Positions 10,406 to 20,921 are shown, counted from the first letter of the stretch. The stretch: DNA of 64,000 nt from an uncultured Chthonomonadaceae bacterium (GCA_963835065.1 CAWIEK010000053.1:288001-352000); one strand, 5' to 3'. Program-made: numbers and translations. The notes: generated by a model not told the origin, from the letters alone.

Positions 10406-11023
10406 TTAAAAGTTGCGCTCTTCATATCTGAATTTGAGGCCCGCCTTGCTGTCCACGCCGATAATCTGTGTCAGGATAGCTTGAGTCATGTTCGTAACCG
10501 TCGTCTCGTTGCCCGACAGGGGGAACATGAGTATACGCGAACCATCGCTCTGCTCTTCTCGCCACAGAATGTGATGCCGGGTAAAGAACATTTGCGCCTT
10601 TTGATGACTGTCCGCCGATTGAGGCCAATTGGCGAGGAGGTGAACCTGCATCTGTCCAGTGTTCATGCGCAAAACGCTGAAACTCTCCTCCCTATCGAGC
10701 AAGGAAATCATCAGCACAGTGGCTTGCTTTTGCGACAGCATCAGACGATGGACGTAAGCCGAAACATGGCTCAGGCCATTGACCGGAACAATTGCCGGAT
10801 CGGGCATGGGAAATTCTGTCTCCGTCGGCGTTCCCGGATTTCCTGAAGTGTTTGCCGACGCTGCCGGCGTGTTTATCGGCGTTGCCGCGCCATTTCCTGA
10901 CGGCTGCGGCGTTGAGGTTGGCGGCATTGAGGCTTGTCGTCGTTCGGCAGAGCGCCGCGCCGCCTGCGCCCCAATAGCAGCAGCCGCCGCAACAACCGCA
11001 AACAACATCAGCCAGTTCTCCAT
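10406..11023 (-). CDS. Hypothetical membrane-anchored protein
   Basis: MENWLMLF... N-terminal TM helix, Pro/Thr linker, globular C-terminal domain; the true start lies inside the longer listed ORF. Confidence 0.65.
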   Translation of the reverse strand: MENWLMLFAVVAAAAAIGAQAARRSAERRQASMPPTSTPQPSGNGAATPINTPAASANTSGNPGTPTETEFPMPDPAIVPVNGLSHVSAYVHRLMLSQKQATVLMISLLDREESFSVLRMNTGQMQVHLLANWPQSADSHQKAQMFFTRHHILWREEQSDGSRILMFPLSGNETTVTNMTQAILTQIIGVDSKAGLKFRYEERNF

Positions 11024-11087
11024 CTGTCCCTCTCTCCTTTTCTCCTTTTCTTCTTTTCTTCTTTTCTTTTTTTCTTCCCTACGTGGT

Positions 11088-11744
11088 TCACTCTTCTCTG
11101 TTGACCCGCCGCTGAAAGAGCCGCCGGATACTGGACGCGAGTTGCGGCAGACGCGCAAAGTATTCGTCCTGTTGGGGCGTACTTTCGTTCTGGTACATGG
11201 CGCGGTTGAGCCGGTGGACGGTGATGCCGGGGCAGGGACGTTCCACAAGCCGCAGTTCATCGCCCGCGCCCACCTCGCCGGTTTGCATGACGCGCAGGTA
11301 ATAGCCCGTATATCCCAATTCTTCCATGCGCCGGGGCATGTCCTTGCGATCCCATTTCCGCGCCACGTTGATGCACGGCTGACGCGGCTGGCTGACCTGC
11401 ACCTGCGCCGCGCCCACCGCGTACACATCGCCAATGCAAACGTCTGTTTCCGGCAGCCCTGACAGCGTAAAATTCTCGCCGAACGCGCCATACGTAAACG
11501 TATCGCCCATACCGAATGTGGTTTGCCAGTAGGGATAGTGTTCCGCAGCGAAGCAGCACACAACCTTGTCCGGCCCGCCGTGAAATTTGAGGTTGTACTG
11601 TTGGTCGCCGTTCAGATTGGCGCGTTCCAGCCGGACGCGCCCCTGTACCGGCGCTTTGAAGATGGCGCTTTCCCACGCTTTGCCGTGAAAGTCCAGTTGG
11701 CGCGGCGTACCGACTTGCAGAGATATAAGAATAGGGTTGGTCAT
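11088..11744 (-). CDS. MOSC domain protein (YiiM-like)
   Basis: GDQQ..HGGPDK, GAFGENF, VSQPRQPC and TGYYLRV motifs. Confidence 0.9.
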   Translation of the reverse strand: MTNPILISLQVGTPRQLDFHGKAWESAIFKAPVQGRVRLERANLNGDQQYNLKFHGGPDKVVCCFAAEHYPYWQTTFGMGDTFTYGAFGENFTLSGLPETDVCIGDVYAVGAAQVQVSQPRQPCINVARKWDRKDMPRRMEELGYTGYYLRVMQTGEVGAGDELRLVERPCPGITVHRLNRAMYQNESTPQQDEYFARLPQLASSIRRLFQRRVNREE

Positions 11745-11851
11745 AGAGAAAATACCGGAAAGTAGCCGCGAATGAACGCGAATGAACGCGAATAGGCCGA
11801 CTGTTTTTTATACGTATAGATGCCAGCCGCGCATGGAGGATTATTCTAAAA

Positions 11852-12634
11852 TCAGGCGGCTTCTTCGCGGGGAACGTACTCGCGGCTGGTAAACAAACTG
11901 ATGGCGGCGAGCAGGGTGATGGCAATAGCCGCCAGTAACACCATCCACGCCAGACTGCTGGAAATTACGTCGGGCGCATTGCCGCCCATTGCCGCCGCGA
12001 GTTGCGCTGCCGGGTCTTCTTTGTCATGGGGCGAAAGCACCTGCAAATAGGTCATCAGCGACACGCGATGAAACGAACCCGGCAGCCGTGAAACCCACGA
12101 TTCCCACCCGAACGCGAACAGCAGGCCGTACAGCATCGCCCGGTTTACCACAACGCCGAGCAGCAGAAACAAGCCTCCATAGGCAAGCGCGGCAAAAGGC
12201 AAAATTTCCAGATCGCGCATCAGGGGCGAACCGCTCAACCCGCCCGGCCCGAACGTGACCAGCGCAATCAACAACGTGGACAGCCACGCCGCCCCTAAAA
12301 CGACGGTGTTCACGGCCAGAAACTTCATCAGCAGCAAGCGCCAGCGCGGAACCGGGCGCGTCAGCAGGTACACGATGGTTTTGCCTTCCACTTCCTGCGA
12401 AATGGCGGATGTGCCGAACACCACCGCCAGTATCAGCAGCACGAATCCGAAAACCAAATCTTTCACCAGCGCGTTGTACACGTCTGCGGCAACGAAACCG
12501 CCGGCGGCAGCCGCCTGTACGCGCCATAATCCGGCCATAATCGGACTGAGCAGAATCAGCAAGCCGATCATAATCAGATTTTTAGGCCGCAGCAGTTCGC
12601 GCAATGTTGACCGATAGAGGTAAGCGTCGCTCAT
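11852..12634 (-). CDS. ABC-2 type transporter permease
   Basis: Six TM segments; EVEGKTIVYLLTRPV motif. Confidence 0.88.
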   Translation of the reverse strand: MSDAYLYRSTLRELLRPKNLIMIGLLILLSPIMAGLWRVQAAAAGGFVAADVYNALVKDLVFGFVLLILAVVFGTSAISQEVEGKTIVYLLTRPVPRWRLLLMKFLAVNTVVLGAAWLSTLLIALVTFGPGGLSGSPLMRDLEILPFAALAYGGLFLLLGVVVNRAMLYGLLFAFGWESWVSRLPGSFHRVSLMTYLQVLSPHDKEDPAAQLAAAMGGNAPDVISSSLAWMVLLAAIAITLLAAISLFTSREYVPREEAA

Positions 12635-12643
12635 AATTTGATT

Positions 12644-13564
12644 TTAGCCGTTCACCAGATATTTGAAGACGGATTCGAGATTGTTGTCGGGCGAGTCGAA
12701 ACTGCGAATGTCGTAGCCGCCGGACAGCGCAATGTCGGGAAATTGCGTGTAAAACAGGTCGGGCGAATGGGTTTCGATTTCCAATTGTGTGGCGTCTGTC
12801 GCGTTGAAGCGGACGCTGAGAATGTACGGCATGTCCAGCAATTGCTTGCCCAACTCGCGGGCGCGGGTCGTGGTAATGGCAATGTGGTGCGGATGCCGGT
12901 CAATCAGGCCGCGAATGGCGTAAATGTCGCCCTGAGCCATCAGCCGACCCTTGCTCAACAAAATGATATTGTGGGTCAACTGCTCCACTTCGTACAGAAT
13001 GTGGCTGGAAATGAGGATACATTTGCCCTGCGCCGCAAGGGTGTGCAGCAATGCGCCCATGTCGCGCCGCCCTACCGGATCAAGGCCATTGAGCGGTTCG
13101 TCGAGTATCAGCACGTCGGGGTTGTGGACAATACCCTGCGCCACTTTGATGCGCTGCCGCATACCCTTCGAGTAGCCGCCGATTTTGCGGTCCGCGCTTG
13201 CCGTCATGCCGACGGTTTCAATCACTTCACTCACGCGATTTGCCCGCGCGTTTGCCGGAATACCGCTCATCGCCGCCAGCAGCGTGACAAAATCGCGCCC
13301 GGTCATTTCCGTATAGTTTTCTTCGATTTCCGGGCAGTATCCCAATCGTTTGTAAACGGCGGGATTGGCGAAGGGTGGCAGGCCAAAAACGTCAACCCTG
13401 CCAGTCGTGGGCCGCAGTTGCCCCGTGACCAGTTTGAGCATGGTAGACTTGCCCGCGCCATTGGGACCGAGCAGAGCCGTGATTCCCGGCCCGATCTGGC
13501 ACGTAATGTCGTTGACGCCAATCACCTGCTTGTACCAGCGCGAAGCGTTTTGCAGGGTTATCAT
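12644..13564 (-). CDS. ABC transporter ATP-binding protein
   Basis: GPNGAGKS, YSKGMRQR, LDEP. Confidence 0.93.
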   Translation of the reverse strand: MITLQNASRWYKQVIGVNDITCQIGPGITALLGPNGAGKSTMLKLVTGQLRPTTGRVDVFGLPPFANPAVYKRLGYCPEIEENYTEMTGRDFVTLLAAMSGIPANARANRVSEVIETVGMTASADRKIGGYSKGMRQRIKVAQGIVHNPDVLILDEPLNGLDPVGRRDMGALLHTLAAQGKCILISSHILYEVEQLTHNIILLSKGRLMAQGDIYAIRGLIDRHPHHIAITTTRARELGKQLLDMPYILSVRFNATDATQLEIETHSPDLFYTQFPDIALSGGYDIRSFDSPDNNLESVFKYLVNG

Positions 13565-14562
13565 CCTCTTACCACCTCGACGGCTTTCACTTTAGCCCGC
13601 GCCGCGCCGATGCCCGCCGCCACCAGTATTCCGAACATCAGCAGCAGGGGCAGCAGGGGCGCAGCCGCGCCGTTCGCATTGTGGGCTACACGATGGGGCG
13701 CAAGCCCGAAAACGTGCTGCACCAGGCCGCTGATAATTCCCTGCAGGGACACATATTGCAGCAGCAGTTGCCCATCCGAAGGATCAGACGATTTCAGCGT
13801 GAAGATGCTGAACAGATAGACGGACAAGGTTATGCTCAAAAAATACAGCGCGGCCATGATGCCGCCTGCCGCCCGCCCGGTTTTCGACCACGCCGACACA
13901 CCGCAGAACAGACTGGCATACAAGGCTCCCGGAACCGCCGCCGCCAGCAGGATGCGCCCTATCAGCAATGGCTCGTCGCTGAGAAAACCGTCCTTCAAAA
14001 ACATCAGCAGGCAGAACACATACAGCATCAGCGCGGGAACCGCAATCGCGCCGAAAATCATCAGAAACAACGCCATCCACTTGCCAAGCAGGTAATCCCC
14101 TTTTGTCAGGGGTTTGGACAGATACACCAGCAGGGCGTTCGCGCCATTATCCGCCGCGATGCTGCCCGCGCCGACGTTCAAGGCTACGATAAACACGAGC
14201 AATCCCTGAAGCTGCATCGCCTGAAAGAAGATGCGGGCAAAAAATCCACCCTCATCGGCAGAAGCCGCGCGCCCGCTGCGCCCCATCATGCCGGTGAGAC
14301 CTTGCGTGTACAAGGTAAGGGCAAGGATCACGCATGGAAACGCGCACAGGGCCACGCTGATCCAGAATCCCGGCTTGCGAAACGACTGCCGCAGCCCGGA
14401 AAGCGCCACAATCCACCAGCGAATCGCGCGGGTTTGCAGCGGGCCGTCGTAGTTGCGGTACGTCAGGTCGGCAATCGGGGAAGCAACGCTTGCGGCATTG
14501 GGACCGTTCGGAGGAATGGAACCGGCAGGCGCGGGCGAAGGCTGTGCGGGTGGAATGTTCAA
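13561..14562 (-). CDS. ABC-2 type transporter permease
   Basis: Multi-TM; YLSKPLTKGDYLLGK motif; 4-nt overlaps with both neighbours. Confidence 0.85.
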   Translation of the reverse strand: MNIPPAQPSPAPAGSIPPNGPNAASVASPIADLTYRNYDGPLQTRAIRWWIVALSGLRQSFRKPGFWISVALCAFPCVILALTLYTQGLTGMMGRSGRAASADEGGFFARIFFQAMQLQGLLVFIVALNVGAGSIAADNGANALLVYLSKPLTKGDYLLGKWMALFLMIFGAIAVPALMLYVFCLLMFLKDGFLSDEPLLIGRILLAAAVPGALYASLFCGVSAWSKTGRAAGGIMAALYFLSITLSVYLFSIFTLKSSDPSDGQLLLQYVSLQGIISGLVQHVFGLAPHRVAHNANGAAAPLLPLLLMFGILVAAGIGAARAKVKAVEVVRG

Positions 14563-15509
14563 TCTACGGCTCCCATGAAAATATCTTCCAGCGAACGCTG
14601 CGCGGGCTGAAAGCCGCGCACCTGCGCGCCCGATTCGCGCGCCGCTTCAAACACCATTTTGCCTACTTCCAGTGAGGTTTCAAACATCATACTGCCGACC
14701 TGCTGCGATTGGGGCGGATTCAGGGCAAAACGGAGTTCGCTGCCGTTATCATGCAGGGTTTCCGCGCCGCGCCTGAGCATGGCCTGCACAAAGGCGGGGG
14801 ATGTTTCGCGCAGGGTGACGACGATCTGCGTACCCACCGTTTCGCGCAGACTGGCAATCGTGCCTTCCGAAGCGATCTGCCCCTTGCGCATCACGATCAG
14901 GCTGTCACACGTCCGCTCGATGTCGGGCAGCAGGTGCGAGGAGACAATCACGTTGACGCCCTTGCCATGTGAAATGTCGCGCACGAGAGCGAGCATTTCG
15001 TCCCGGCCTGCGGGGTCAAGACCGTTGGAAGGCTCGTCCAGAAACACCAGTTTCGGCCCATGCACAAGCGCCTGCGCCAGTTTGATGCGCTGCTTCATGC
15101 CCGTCGAATACGTTTCCACGTTGCGGTAACGCGCTTCGTTCAGGCCGCAGTATTCCAGCACTTCGTGGGCGCGGCGCAAGGACTCTTTGGCCGGCATCCC
15201 CGCCAGTTCGCCCGCATACGCCACAAACGTTACCGCGTTCATTCCAGGTATATGGCAGTCAATTTCCGGCATCAGGCCGATGCGCTGCCGCAATTCCAAG
15301 CCCTGCGTCGCCACATTAAAGCCCAGGACTTGCCCACTGCCGCTTGATGGCTGTACGAAGCCGAGCAGGGTTTTAATCAGCGTGGTTTTGCCCGCGCCGT
15401 TCGGCCCAAGCAGCCCGACACAGCCTTCCGGGATTTCCACGCTGAGGTCATTGACAGCCGTTTTCGCGCCATAGCGCACGGTCAAATTAGAAATGGTTGC
15501 GACAGACAT
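14559..15509 (-). CDS. ABC transporter ATP-binding protein
   Basis: GPNGAGKT, YSTGMKQR, LDEP. Confidence 0.93.
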   Translation of the reverse strand: MSVATISNLTVRYGAKTAVNDLSVEIPEGCVGLLGPNGAGKTTLIKTLLGFVQPSSGSGQVLGFNVATQGLELRQRIGLMPEIDCHIPGMNAVTFVAYAGELAGMPAKESLRRAHEVLEYCGLNEARYRNVETYSTGMKQRIKLAQALVHGPKLVFLDEPSNGLDPAGRDEMLALVRDISHGKGVNVIVSSHLLPDIERTCDSLIVMRKGQIASEGTIASLRETVGTQIVVTLRETSPAFVQAMLRRGAETLHDNGSELRFALNPPQSQQVGSMMFETSLEVGKMVFEAARESGAQVRGFQPAQRSLEDIFMGAVD

Positions 15510-15546
15510 AGGCGGAATAAGCAACAATCATTGGCAAAGCAAGAGG

Positions 15547-16057
15547 CTATTTGGACTTGTCGAGATAATCCGGCGGGAACAGTTTCTGGCCGTACTTTGC
15601 GGCGATACTGCTCATCCGCTGCTGCTCTTCCGGTCCCATAACGGGAGGAGGCAAAAATTCACCGGCGGCTACAGGTTTGCCCACTTCCTGAAAGAATTCG
15701 TCCAGCCCGGAAGGAACCACCACGCACCACAGACGCGCCATTGTGTTCGTCATATTTTTGAAGCAATGCACTATGCCGCCCAGAGGGATATTGACAAACG
15801 AACCTTTCCGCGCCGTATAGGTAAGCGATTCGGTTTTAACCTCAATTTCGCCTTCCAGAACATAGAAGGATTCTCTGAAAGGCGGCGTGTGAATGGGGAC
15901 CCGGCCCACCCTGCGGCGGAATCAGCATGTCAATGGCGGCGTAAGCCCCTCCGGTTTGCTCGCCGGTAATCACCAGCCGGTAAGTATCGCCAACAACCGA
16001 CAGCGTCTGCCCATCCTGCGCCGTCACCGTCGTAAGTTCGCTGCTTGGATTCTCCAT
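15547..16057 (-). CDS. Cupin domain protein (quercetinase-like); frameshifted near 15875
   Basis: PGPHSH and ESFYVLEGE...HCFKN halves are in different frames; removing one base gives HSHAAFQESFYVLEG. Confidence 0.8.
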
Positions 16058-16138
16058 AACTTGAATTCGATCCTTCCTTGGATGTATCCCGGTGTGACTA
16101 CTCTGCGGAAGCGAGCAGGGTTTCCTTATTTACGCTCT

Positions 16139-18094
16139 TCAATTCAGATGAATTCTGCGGTGGAACACGTACCATTCCGCGCACAAAAGCAGCAACGCGA
16201 CAAAGGCCAGATAGGGAAGCCATTCCCGCGTGGTCAGCACCTGACGGGTCGCTATGGGCGTGGCGTTTTGCAGAATGGTCAGGGATTTGTGGGGCGTGAT
16301 GTCGGACTCGGCGGCGTTGACGAGGTTGACCGAAAAACGGGAAACGGCTACGCCCTGCCCGCTCACATTATATACGCCCGCCTGATCCGTGCTGTCGAAG
16401 GCGGCGTCGCCCCGCTCCCCAACAACCACATCGCGCTTGCTGCCGTCCGGTTTGGTAATGGTCAGGGTTCCGGCATTGGGAAGCGCGGGAATGACGTGCG
16501 TTTCCCCGGTTTTGGAGTGCCCCGATCCGTTGTCGTCCCATTCCGCGCCAAGCCAGCGAACCGTGTTAGAAATGAAGATGGGAAACGGAACCGTGAGCAG
16601 GAAGTGTACGGATTTTTCCAGCGAAAAGGCGACAAACACGCTTCGCATTCGGTTGCGCTCGCCCACCTCCGCCCGCGCCTTGCTTTTTTCTCCGGCCACA
16701 ATCAGGGAACCGGACTCGCCTACCGCCAGTTCCTTGCCCCAATCGAGGGGCGAGGCTTTGTACACGCCCAAGAGATTTTCGCTGCCGAAGTCCACGTAAT
16801 GCAGAACGGGATGATCCCGCTCCATATCCACAAAGCCGACGCCGTTCATTTCACCCTCGGCTTTTGCCGGCGATTGGTCACTGGTACAATGCAAAAACAG
16901 GTAATTGCCTTCGGGCAGTTTGGCGGGCGCGGTTTCGTTGAACACGATTACGTCGTAGTTTTTGGCGCTGTCGGCGGGATACGCGGCGGCTTTGCTTAAT
17001 TCGATGCCCGGATCAACCTTCAGCGCGTTTTCAAGCCACAGGTTTTCGGTTCCCACCAGTAGTACTTTATATTGCTTGTGCGGCTGCAAGATTAAGGACG
17101 CTTCGTTGTCGGCAGCAAGGTCGTCCTTCACGTCCAGATGAACGCGCAGCAGCATGGGGCGTGGCGGTTCCTGCACATCGAACGCTTCCGTGCTTTCGCC
17201 ATGCGCGGGCAGGGAAATCTCGTGCGCGTCGAAAAGATTGTCTTCCAGATAAATCTCTTCGTTGAACTTTTTGGGCTGATCGCTGTAGTTGTGCGTGACG
17301 ACAAGCAGTTGTACCGACTTTTCGCCGCCGATGTTACGCCGAAAATCCAGCGCGGTAATGCCGACGTTGTCATGCCCCTTGCCAATGGGATGAAAGGCGA
17401 CATGCGTTTTGCCCAAGTTCAGGTTGGCGAGCGAAATTTGCGCCTCGCCCCCGTTGTTCGTACCATTCGAGCCATTTGTGTTGCCCCCAACCGTTTCAAA
17501 CGCGCCATCGGAAACCAGTTCGATCTGCCCCGCTTCGCCATTGTCCCGCGACGCCACCAGTTCCGCGCCCAAGTTAAGCGCGTCCCGCATGTTCGTCGGC
17601 GTATCATGCGCCTGCAAGCCGTCCAGGGAATGGCGCAGTTCCGAACGCTCGTTGGTAAACCCGGTAATGGCTTCGGGGCGCGAGTACGCGGACACGATCA
17701 TCATCCGGTCGCCCGCGCCCATGCGGTTGATGATCTGCTGCGCTTCCTGTTTGGCGGCTTCAAACCGGGACGGCGCGACATCCGTTGCCTTCATGGACGC
17801 GCTGGTATCCATAATCAGGACGATACTGCGCCCGCCATTGCTCAGATTGCGCGTAAACGGACGGGCAAGCGCGAAAATCAGCAGCGCGGCCAAAAGCAGT
17901 TGGAGAAACAGGAGAAGGTTCTTGCGGAGTTTCTGAAATGGGGCGTTCGCCTGCACATCGCGGATCACCTGCCGCCACAGAAACGTCGAGGAGACGACAA
18001 CATCCTTGCGCCGCAGCTTGAGGATGTACATCAAAACGATCAGCCCGCCCACAATGGGGAGCCACAACAGATTGGACAGGCTGGCAAAGTGCAT
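16139..18094 (-). CDS. BatA-N + VWA domain membrane protein
   Basis: N-terminal double-TM BatA-like segment; MIDAS DTSASM; C-terminal TM ending in EW..RR. Confidence 0.88.
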   Translation of the reverse strand: MHFASLSNLLWLPIVGGLIVLMYILKLRRKDVVVSSTFLWRQVIRDVQANAPFQKLRKNLLLFLQLLLAALLIFALARPFTRNLSNGGRSIVLIMDTSASMKATDVAPSRFEAAKQEAQQIINRMGAGDRMMIVSAYSRPEAITGFTNERSELRHSLDGLQAHDTPTNMRDALNLGAELVASRDNGEAGQIELVSDGAFETVGGNTNGSNGTNNGGEAQISLANLNLGKTHVAFHPIGKGHDNVGITALDFRRNIGGEKSVQLLVVTHNYSDQPKKFNEEIYLEDNLFDAHEISLPAHGESTEAFDVQEPPRPMLLRVHLDVKDDLAADNEASLILQPHKQYKVLLVGTENLWLENALKVDPGIELSKAAAYPADSAKNYDVIVFNETAPAKLPEGNYLFLHCTSDQSPAKAEGEMNGVGFVDMERDHPVLHYVDFGSENLLGVYKASPLDWGKELAVGESGSLIVAGEKSKARAEVGERNRMRSVFVAFSLEKSVHFLLTVPFPIFISNTVRWLGAEWDDNGSGHSKTGETHVIPALPNAGTLTITKPDGSKRDVVVGERGDAAFDSTDQAGVYNVSGQGVAVSRFSVNLVNAAESDITPHKSLTILQNATPIATRQVLTTREWLPYLAFVALLLLCAEWYVFHRRIHLN

Positions 18095-18096
18095 GG

Positions 18097-18423
18097 TTAG
18101 CCCCGATTATACAAATTTTGCGTAACGCCGGTGTCATTGGCGCGGGACACGCGCCCTTGCTGTTCCAATTGCCCGACGCGCCGTTCCAGCGTATGCAGCG
18201 TGGTGTCGAAACTCAGGTCGTACTGCATCGTGGTGTCGCGCAGGGCTTTGATTTCGGAGCGAAGGGCGGCAAACTCGGAGCGCATGTCTTCGGAAAGCAT
18301 CTGCTGACGCTGCAAAGACATTTCTTCCATTTTGCGCCGGTGGTGCGTCCAGATTGCCAGCATAGGAATGGCAAGAATGCCCATTACCGGGATGCCAATC
18401 ACAATCAGCACGATAGGCCACAT
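18097..18423 (-). CDS. Small TM/coiled-coil hypothetical protein (paralog of 19104-19427)
   Basis: TM helix, WTHH..KM, LRDTTMQYDLSFD motif shared with the paralog. Confidence 0.8.
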   Translation of the reverse strand: MWPIVLIVIGIPVMGILAIPMLAIWTHHRRKMEEMSLQRQQMLSEDMRSEFAALRSEIKALRDTTMQYDLSFDTTLHTLERRVGQLEQQGRVSRANDTGVTQNLYNRG

Positions 18424-18479
18424 ATCCTACACGATCCTTTCCTTACCAAGCAGCGTAATTTACCTGCATAGGCGATGTA

Positions 18480-18818
18480 CTACGGCGTGTCCACTCCAAG
18501 AGCAAGGGTGACGCGGGCGGCAACCTGCTGCCAATCTCGTTCGGAGAGTCGCCCGATATGCGCTATAACTTCCGCACGCGGGGCTGTCAGCAAATAGGCG
18601 CGAAAAGCGGACGGACGATATAGACCTGCGGCTGACCAATCCTGCAAAACATAATCCGTAGGGGTTGTGGCGGCAGAAATTTGTGCCCTCAACAATCCCA
18701 CAATTATATCTGGTCTATTAGCTTGATAGGTAGCGGAAGAGAGAATCACGGCAGGACGATGTTTGGTTTCTACTGCGCCATGAAACGGAACTGTTACCAC
18801 ATCACCTGGCTGCCACAT
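18480..18818 (-). CDS. PemK/MazF-family toxin
   Basis: QPGDVVTVPF...KHRPAVILS...DWSAAGL. Confidence 0.85.
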   Translation of the reverse strand: MWQPGDVVTVPFHGAVETKHRPAVILSSATYQANRPDIIVGLLRAQISAATTPTDYVLQDWSAAGLYRPSAFRAYLLTAPRAEVIAHIGRLSERDWQQVAARVTLALGVDTP

Positions 18819-19065
18819 GCGTTTCATCTCCACTCTTTTCCACAGGCAACAGGTCGTCTTCGTCACCATAAAGTTGTGCCGCATACTGAAGCGATTGCTG
18901 CATGTAGTCGCGCTTATCCTGCTCCGTCAACTCGTCATCGTCTATTTGTCTTGCATGCTGATGCTTGAGAAAACGCAGGAAATCCAGCGTTTCCGCTACA
19001 ATCGCATCAGGTGTATTTTTTACTTCATCAAGCAAGGCATCTACCGTTGTCATCTCATTCTCCAT
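18802..19065 (-). CDS. Putative antitoxin (DUF2281-like)
   Basis: PDAIVAETLDFLRFLK motif; acidic; overlaps the toxin start. Confidence 0.7.
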   Translation of the reverse strand: MENEMTTVDALLDEVKNTPDAIVAETLDFLRFLKHQHARQIDDDELTEQDKRDYMQQSLQYAAQLYGDEDDLLPVEKSGDETHVAAR

Positions 19066-19103
19066 ATAAGCGCAGATGCAAACAATTTGCAGTGATCATT
19101 GTG

Positions 19104-19427
19104 TCAGCCACCATTGCGCAGATTTAACACGGCTTCTTCCGGCCTGATTGTGGGGCCGAACGAGGAGGTGTTTTCCACGCGGGCGACGCGCTGTTCCATG
19201 CGCTGCAAAGCGGAGTCGAAACTCAAGTCGTACTGCATGGAGGTTTCGCGCAGGGATTGAATCTCCTGCCGCAAGGCTTCGATTTCCGTATGGACATTGC
19301 CGTTGCCCTGCTGTAACTGCAAGCGCAATTGCAGCATGTCCCGCTGATGCTTGGTCCATAGATTGAACAGCGGTATGGACATCGGCAGTCCGAAAATACA
19401 AATGATCGCAACAAGGGGAATTATCAT
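19104..19427 (-). CDS. Small TM/coiled-coil hypothetical protein (paralog of 18097-18423)
   Basis: TM helix, WTKH..DM, LRETSMQYDLSFD; AGGAG RBS. Confidence 0.8.
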   Translation of the reverse strand: MIIPLVAIICIFGLPMSIPLFNLWTKHQRDMLQLRLQLQQGNGNVHTEIEALRQEIQSLRETSMQYDLSFDSALQRMEQRVARVENTSSFGPTIRPEEAVLNLRNGG

Positions 19428-19443
19428 GTTGGTTCGTTCGCTC

Positions 19444-20184
19444 CTAACTCGTTCTTGCCAGCGCGTCCGCCAGCGTCACCGTGCCCGCATACAACGCCTT
19501 GCCGATAATCACGCCGTCTATGTTGGGGGCCGACTGCGCTTGCAGGGTATGCAGCGCGTCTATGTCGGCGATGGTCGCCACGCCGCCTGAGGCAATCACG
19601 GGTATATTGGGAATTACCTGCGCCACCTGCGCTAACGCGCCCAGATTAACGCCTTGCAGCATCCCGTCCCGCGCAATGTCGGTGAAAATAAAGCGCTGCG
19701 CGCCCATATCCGCCAGACGTTTTACGAACACGGTTGCGGTTTCGCCGCTGTGTTCCTGCCAGCCGTGAATGGCGACAATGCCGTCGCGGGCATCCACGCC
19801 GATAGCGAGGTTGTTGCCGAACCGCGCCAACAACTCCTGCGTCAATTCCGGGTTCTGCGCCGCCGTCGTGCCGACCACGACTCGCGCCACGCCTGATGCC
19901 ATTATTCGCTCCGCCGCTTCCACTGTGCGAATCCCGCCGCCCACCTGCACGGGCAAACCCGTCGCGTCCACAATGCCCTTGATGGCCGCAAGGTTTTCCG
20001 GGCTGGATTTCCCGCTCCTTGCGCCGTCCAAGTCTACGACATGCAGCCAATGCGCGCCTTGGTCCTGCCATTTTTGCGCCATTGCGACGGGGTCATCCCC
20101 ATACGTCGTGACCTGCGCAAAATCGCCCTGTATCAGCCGAACGCACTTGCCGCCCTTGAGGTCTATTGCCGGGTAAATGTCCAT
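19444..20184 (-). CDS. hisA: ProFAR isomerase HisA
   Basis: IYPAIDLKGGKCVRL, LHVVDLDGA, QVGGGIR, TDIARDG. Confidence 0.97.
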   Translation of the reverse strand: MDIYPAIDLKGGKCVRLIQGDFAQVTTYGDDPVAMAQKWQDQGAHWLHVVDLDGARSGKSSPENLAAIKGIVDATGLPVQVGGGIRTVEAAERIMASGVARVVVGTTAAQNPELTQELLARFGNNLAIGVDARDGIVAIHGWQEHSGETATVFVKRLADMGAQRFIFTDIARDGMLQGVNLGALAQVAQVIPNIPVIASGGVATIADIDALHTLQAQSAPNIDGVIIGKALYAGTVTLADALARTS

Positions 20185-20187
20185 AGC

Positions 20188-20266
20188 AGTTCATAGTTGA
20201 TAGTTGATAGTTGATAGGGATGGACAGGCGGTCTGTCTATCAACTATCAACTGATTACTATCAACT
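20188..20266. repeat. Inverted heptamer-repeat hairpin element (TAGTTGA)n...(TCAACTA)n
   Basis: Direct reading; fills the hisH-hisA junction. Confidence 0.85.
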
Positions 20267-20270
20267 CTAC

Positions 20271-20909
20271 TCACTTCCAATCTACGAAGTTTCGTAAAAT
20301 TTGCAGGCCGACTGCGCCGCTTTTTTCGGGGTGGAATTGCGTGGCGGCTACATTGTCTTTTTCCACCGCGCAGCAGAAATCGAGGCCGTAATGGGACGTG
20401 GCGGCGACAAGGGACTCGTCTTCGGGTTCGGGGTAATAGGAGTGGACGAAGTAGACGCGGCTATCCTGTTCCACGCCCCGCAGCAGGCGCGAGTCGGGAT
20501 TAACGCGCAGACTGTTCCAGCCGATGTGCGGCACTTTCAACGCCTGCGCTTCGGGCGTCCGTTGTTCGGCGGGAACGTTTTCAAAGAATTTCACCACATG
20601 TCCCGGAAACAGGCCGATGCCGGGAGATGTGCCCATTTCCGTGCTGCTTTCAAACAGCATTTGCATCCCGACGCAAATTCCCAAAAACGGTTTGCCGCTG
20701 GTAATGCTCTGGCACACGGCCTGCCGCAATCCGCTCTGGTCAAGATTGGTCATGCAGGCGCAAAACGCCCCCACACCCGGCAGCACCACGCGCTCGGCGC
20801 GTTCAATAGTCGCCGGGTCACTGGTAATGAGGGGGTCGCCGCCCACATACGCCAGCGCTTTTTCCACGCTGCGCAGGTTTGCCATGCCGTAGTCTACGAT
20901 TGCGATCAT
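20271..20909 (-). CDS. hisH: Imidazole glycerol phosphate synthase glutaminase subunit
   Basis: LPGVGAF, GICVGMQ, YFVHSY, QFHPEKS. Confidence 0.97.
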   Translation of the reverse strand: MIAIVDYGMANLRSVEKALAYVGGDPLITSDPATIERAERVVLPGVGAFCACMTNLDQSGLRQAVCQSITSGKPFLGICVGMQMLFESSTEMGTSPGIGLFPGHVVKFFENVPAEQRTPEAQALKVPHIGWNSLRVNPDSRLLRGVEQDSRVYFVHSYYPEPEDESLVAATSHYGLDFCCAVEKDNVAATQFHPEKSGAVGLQILRNFVDWK

Positions 20910-20921
20910 GCTCGTCCTTCT

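Noticed and set aside
11024..11563. N-terminal half of the listed 385-aa ORF 10406-11563
   Set aside because: It overlaps the MOSC gene in another frame and runs through a purine-rich repeat; the real start is probably 11023.
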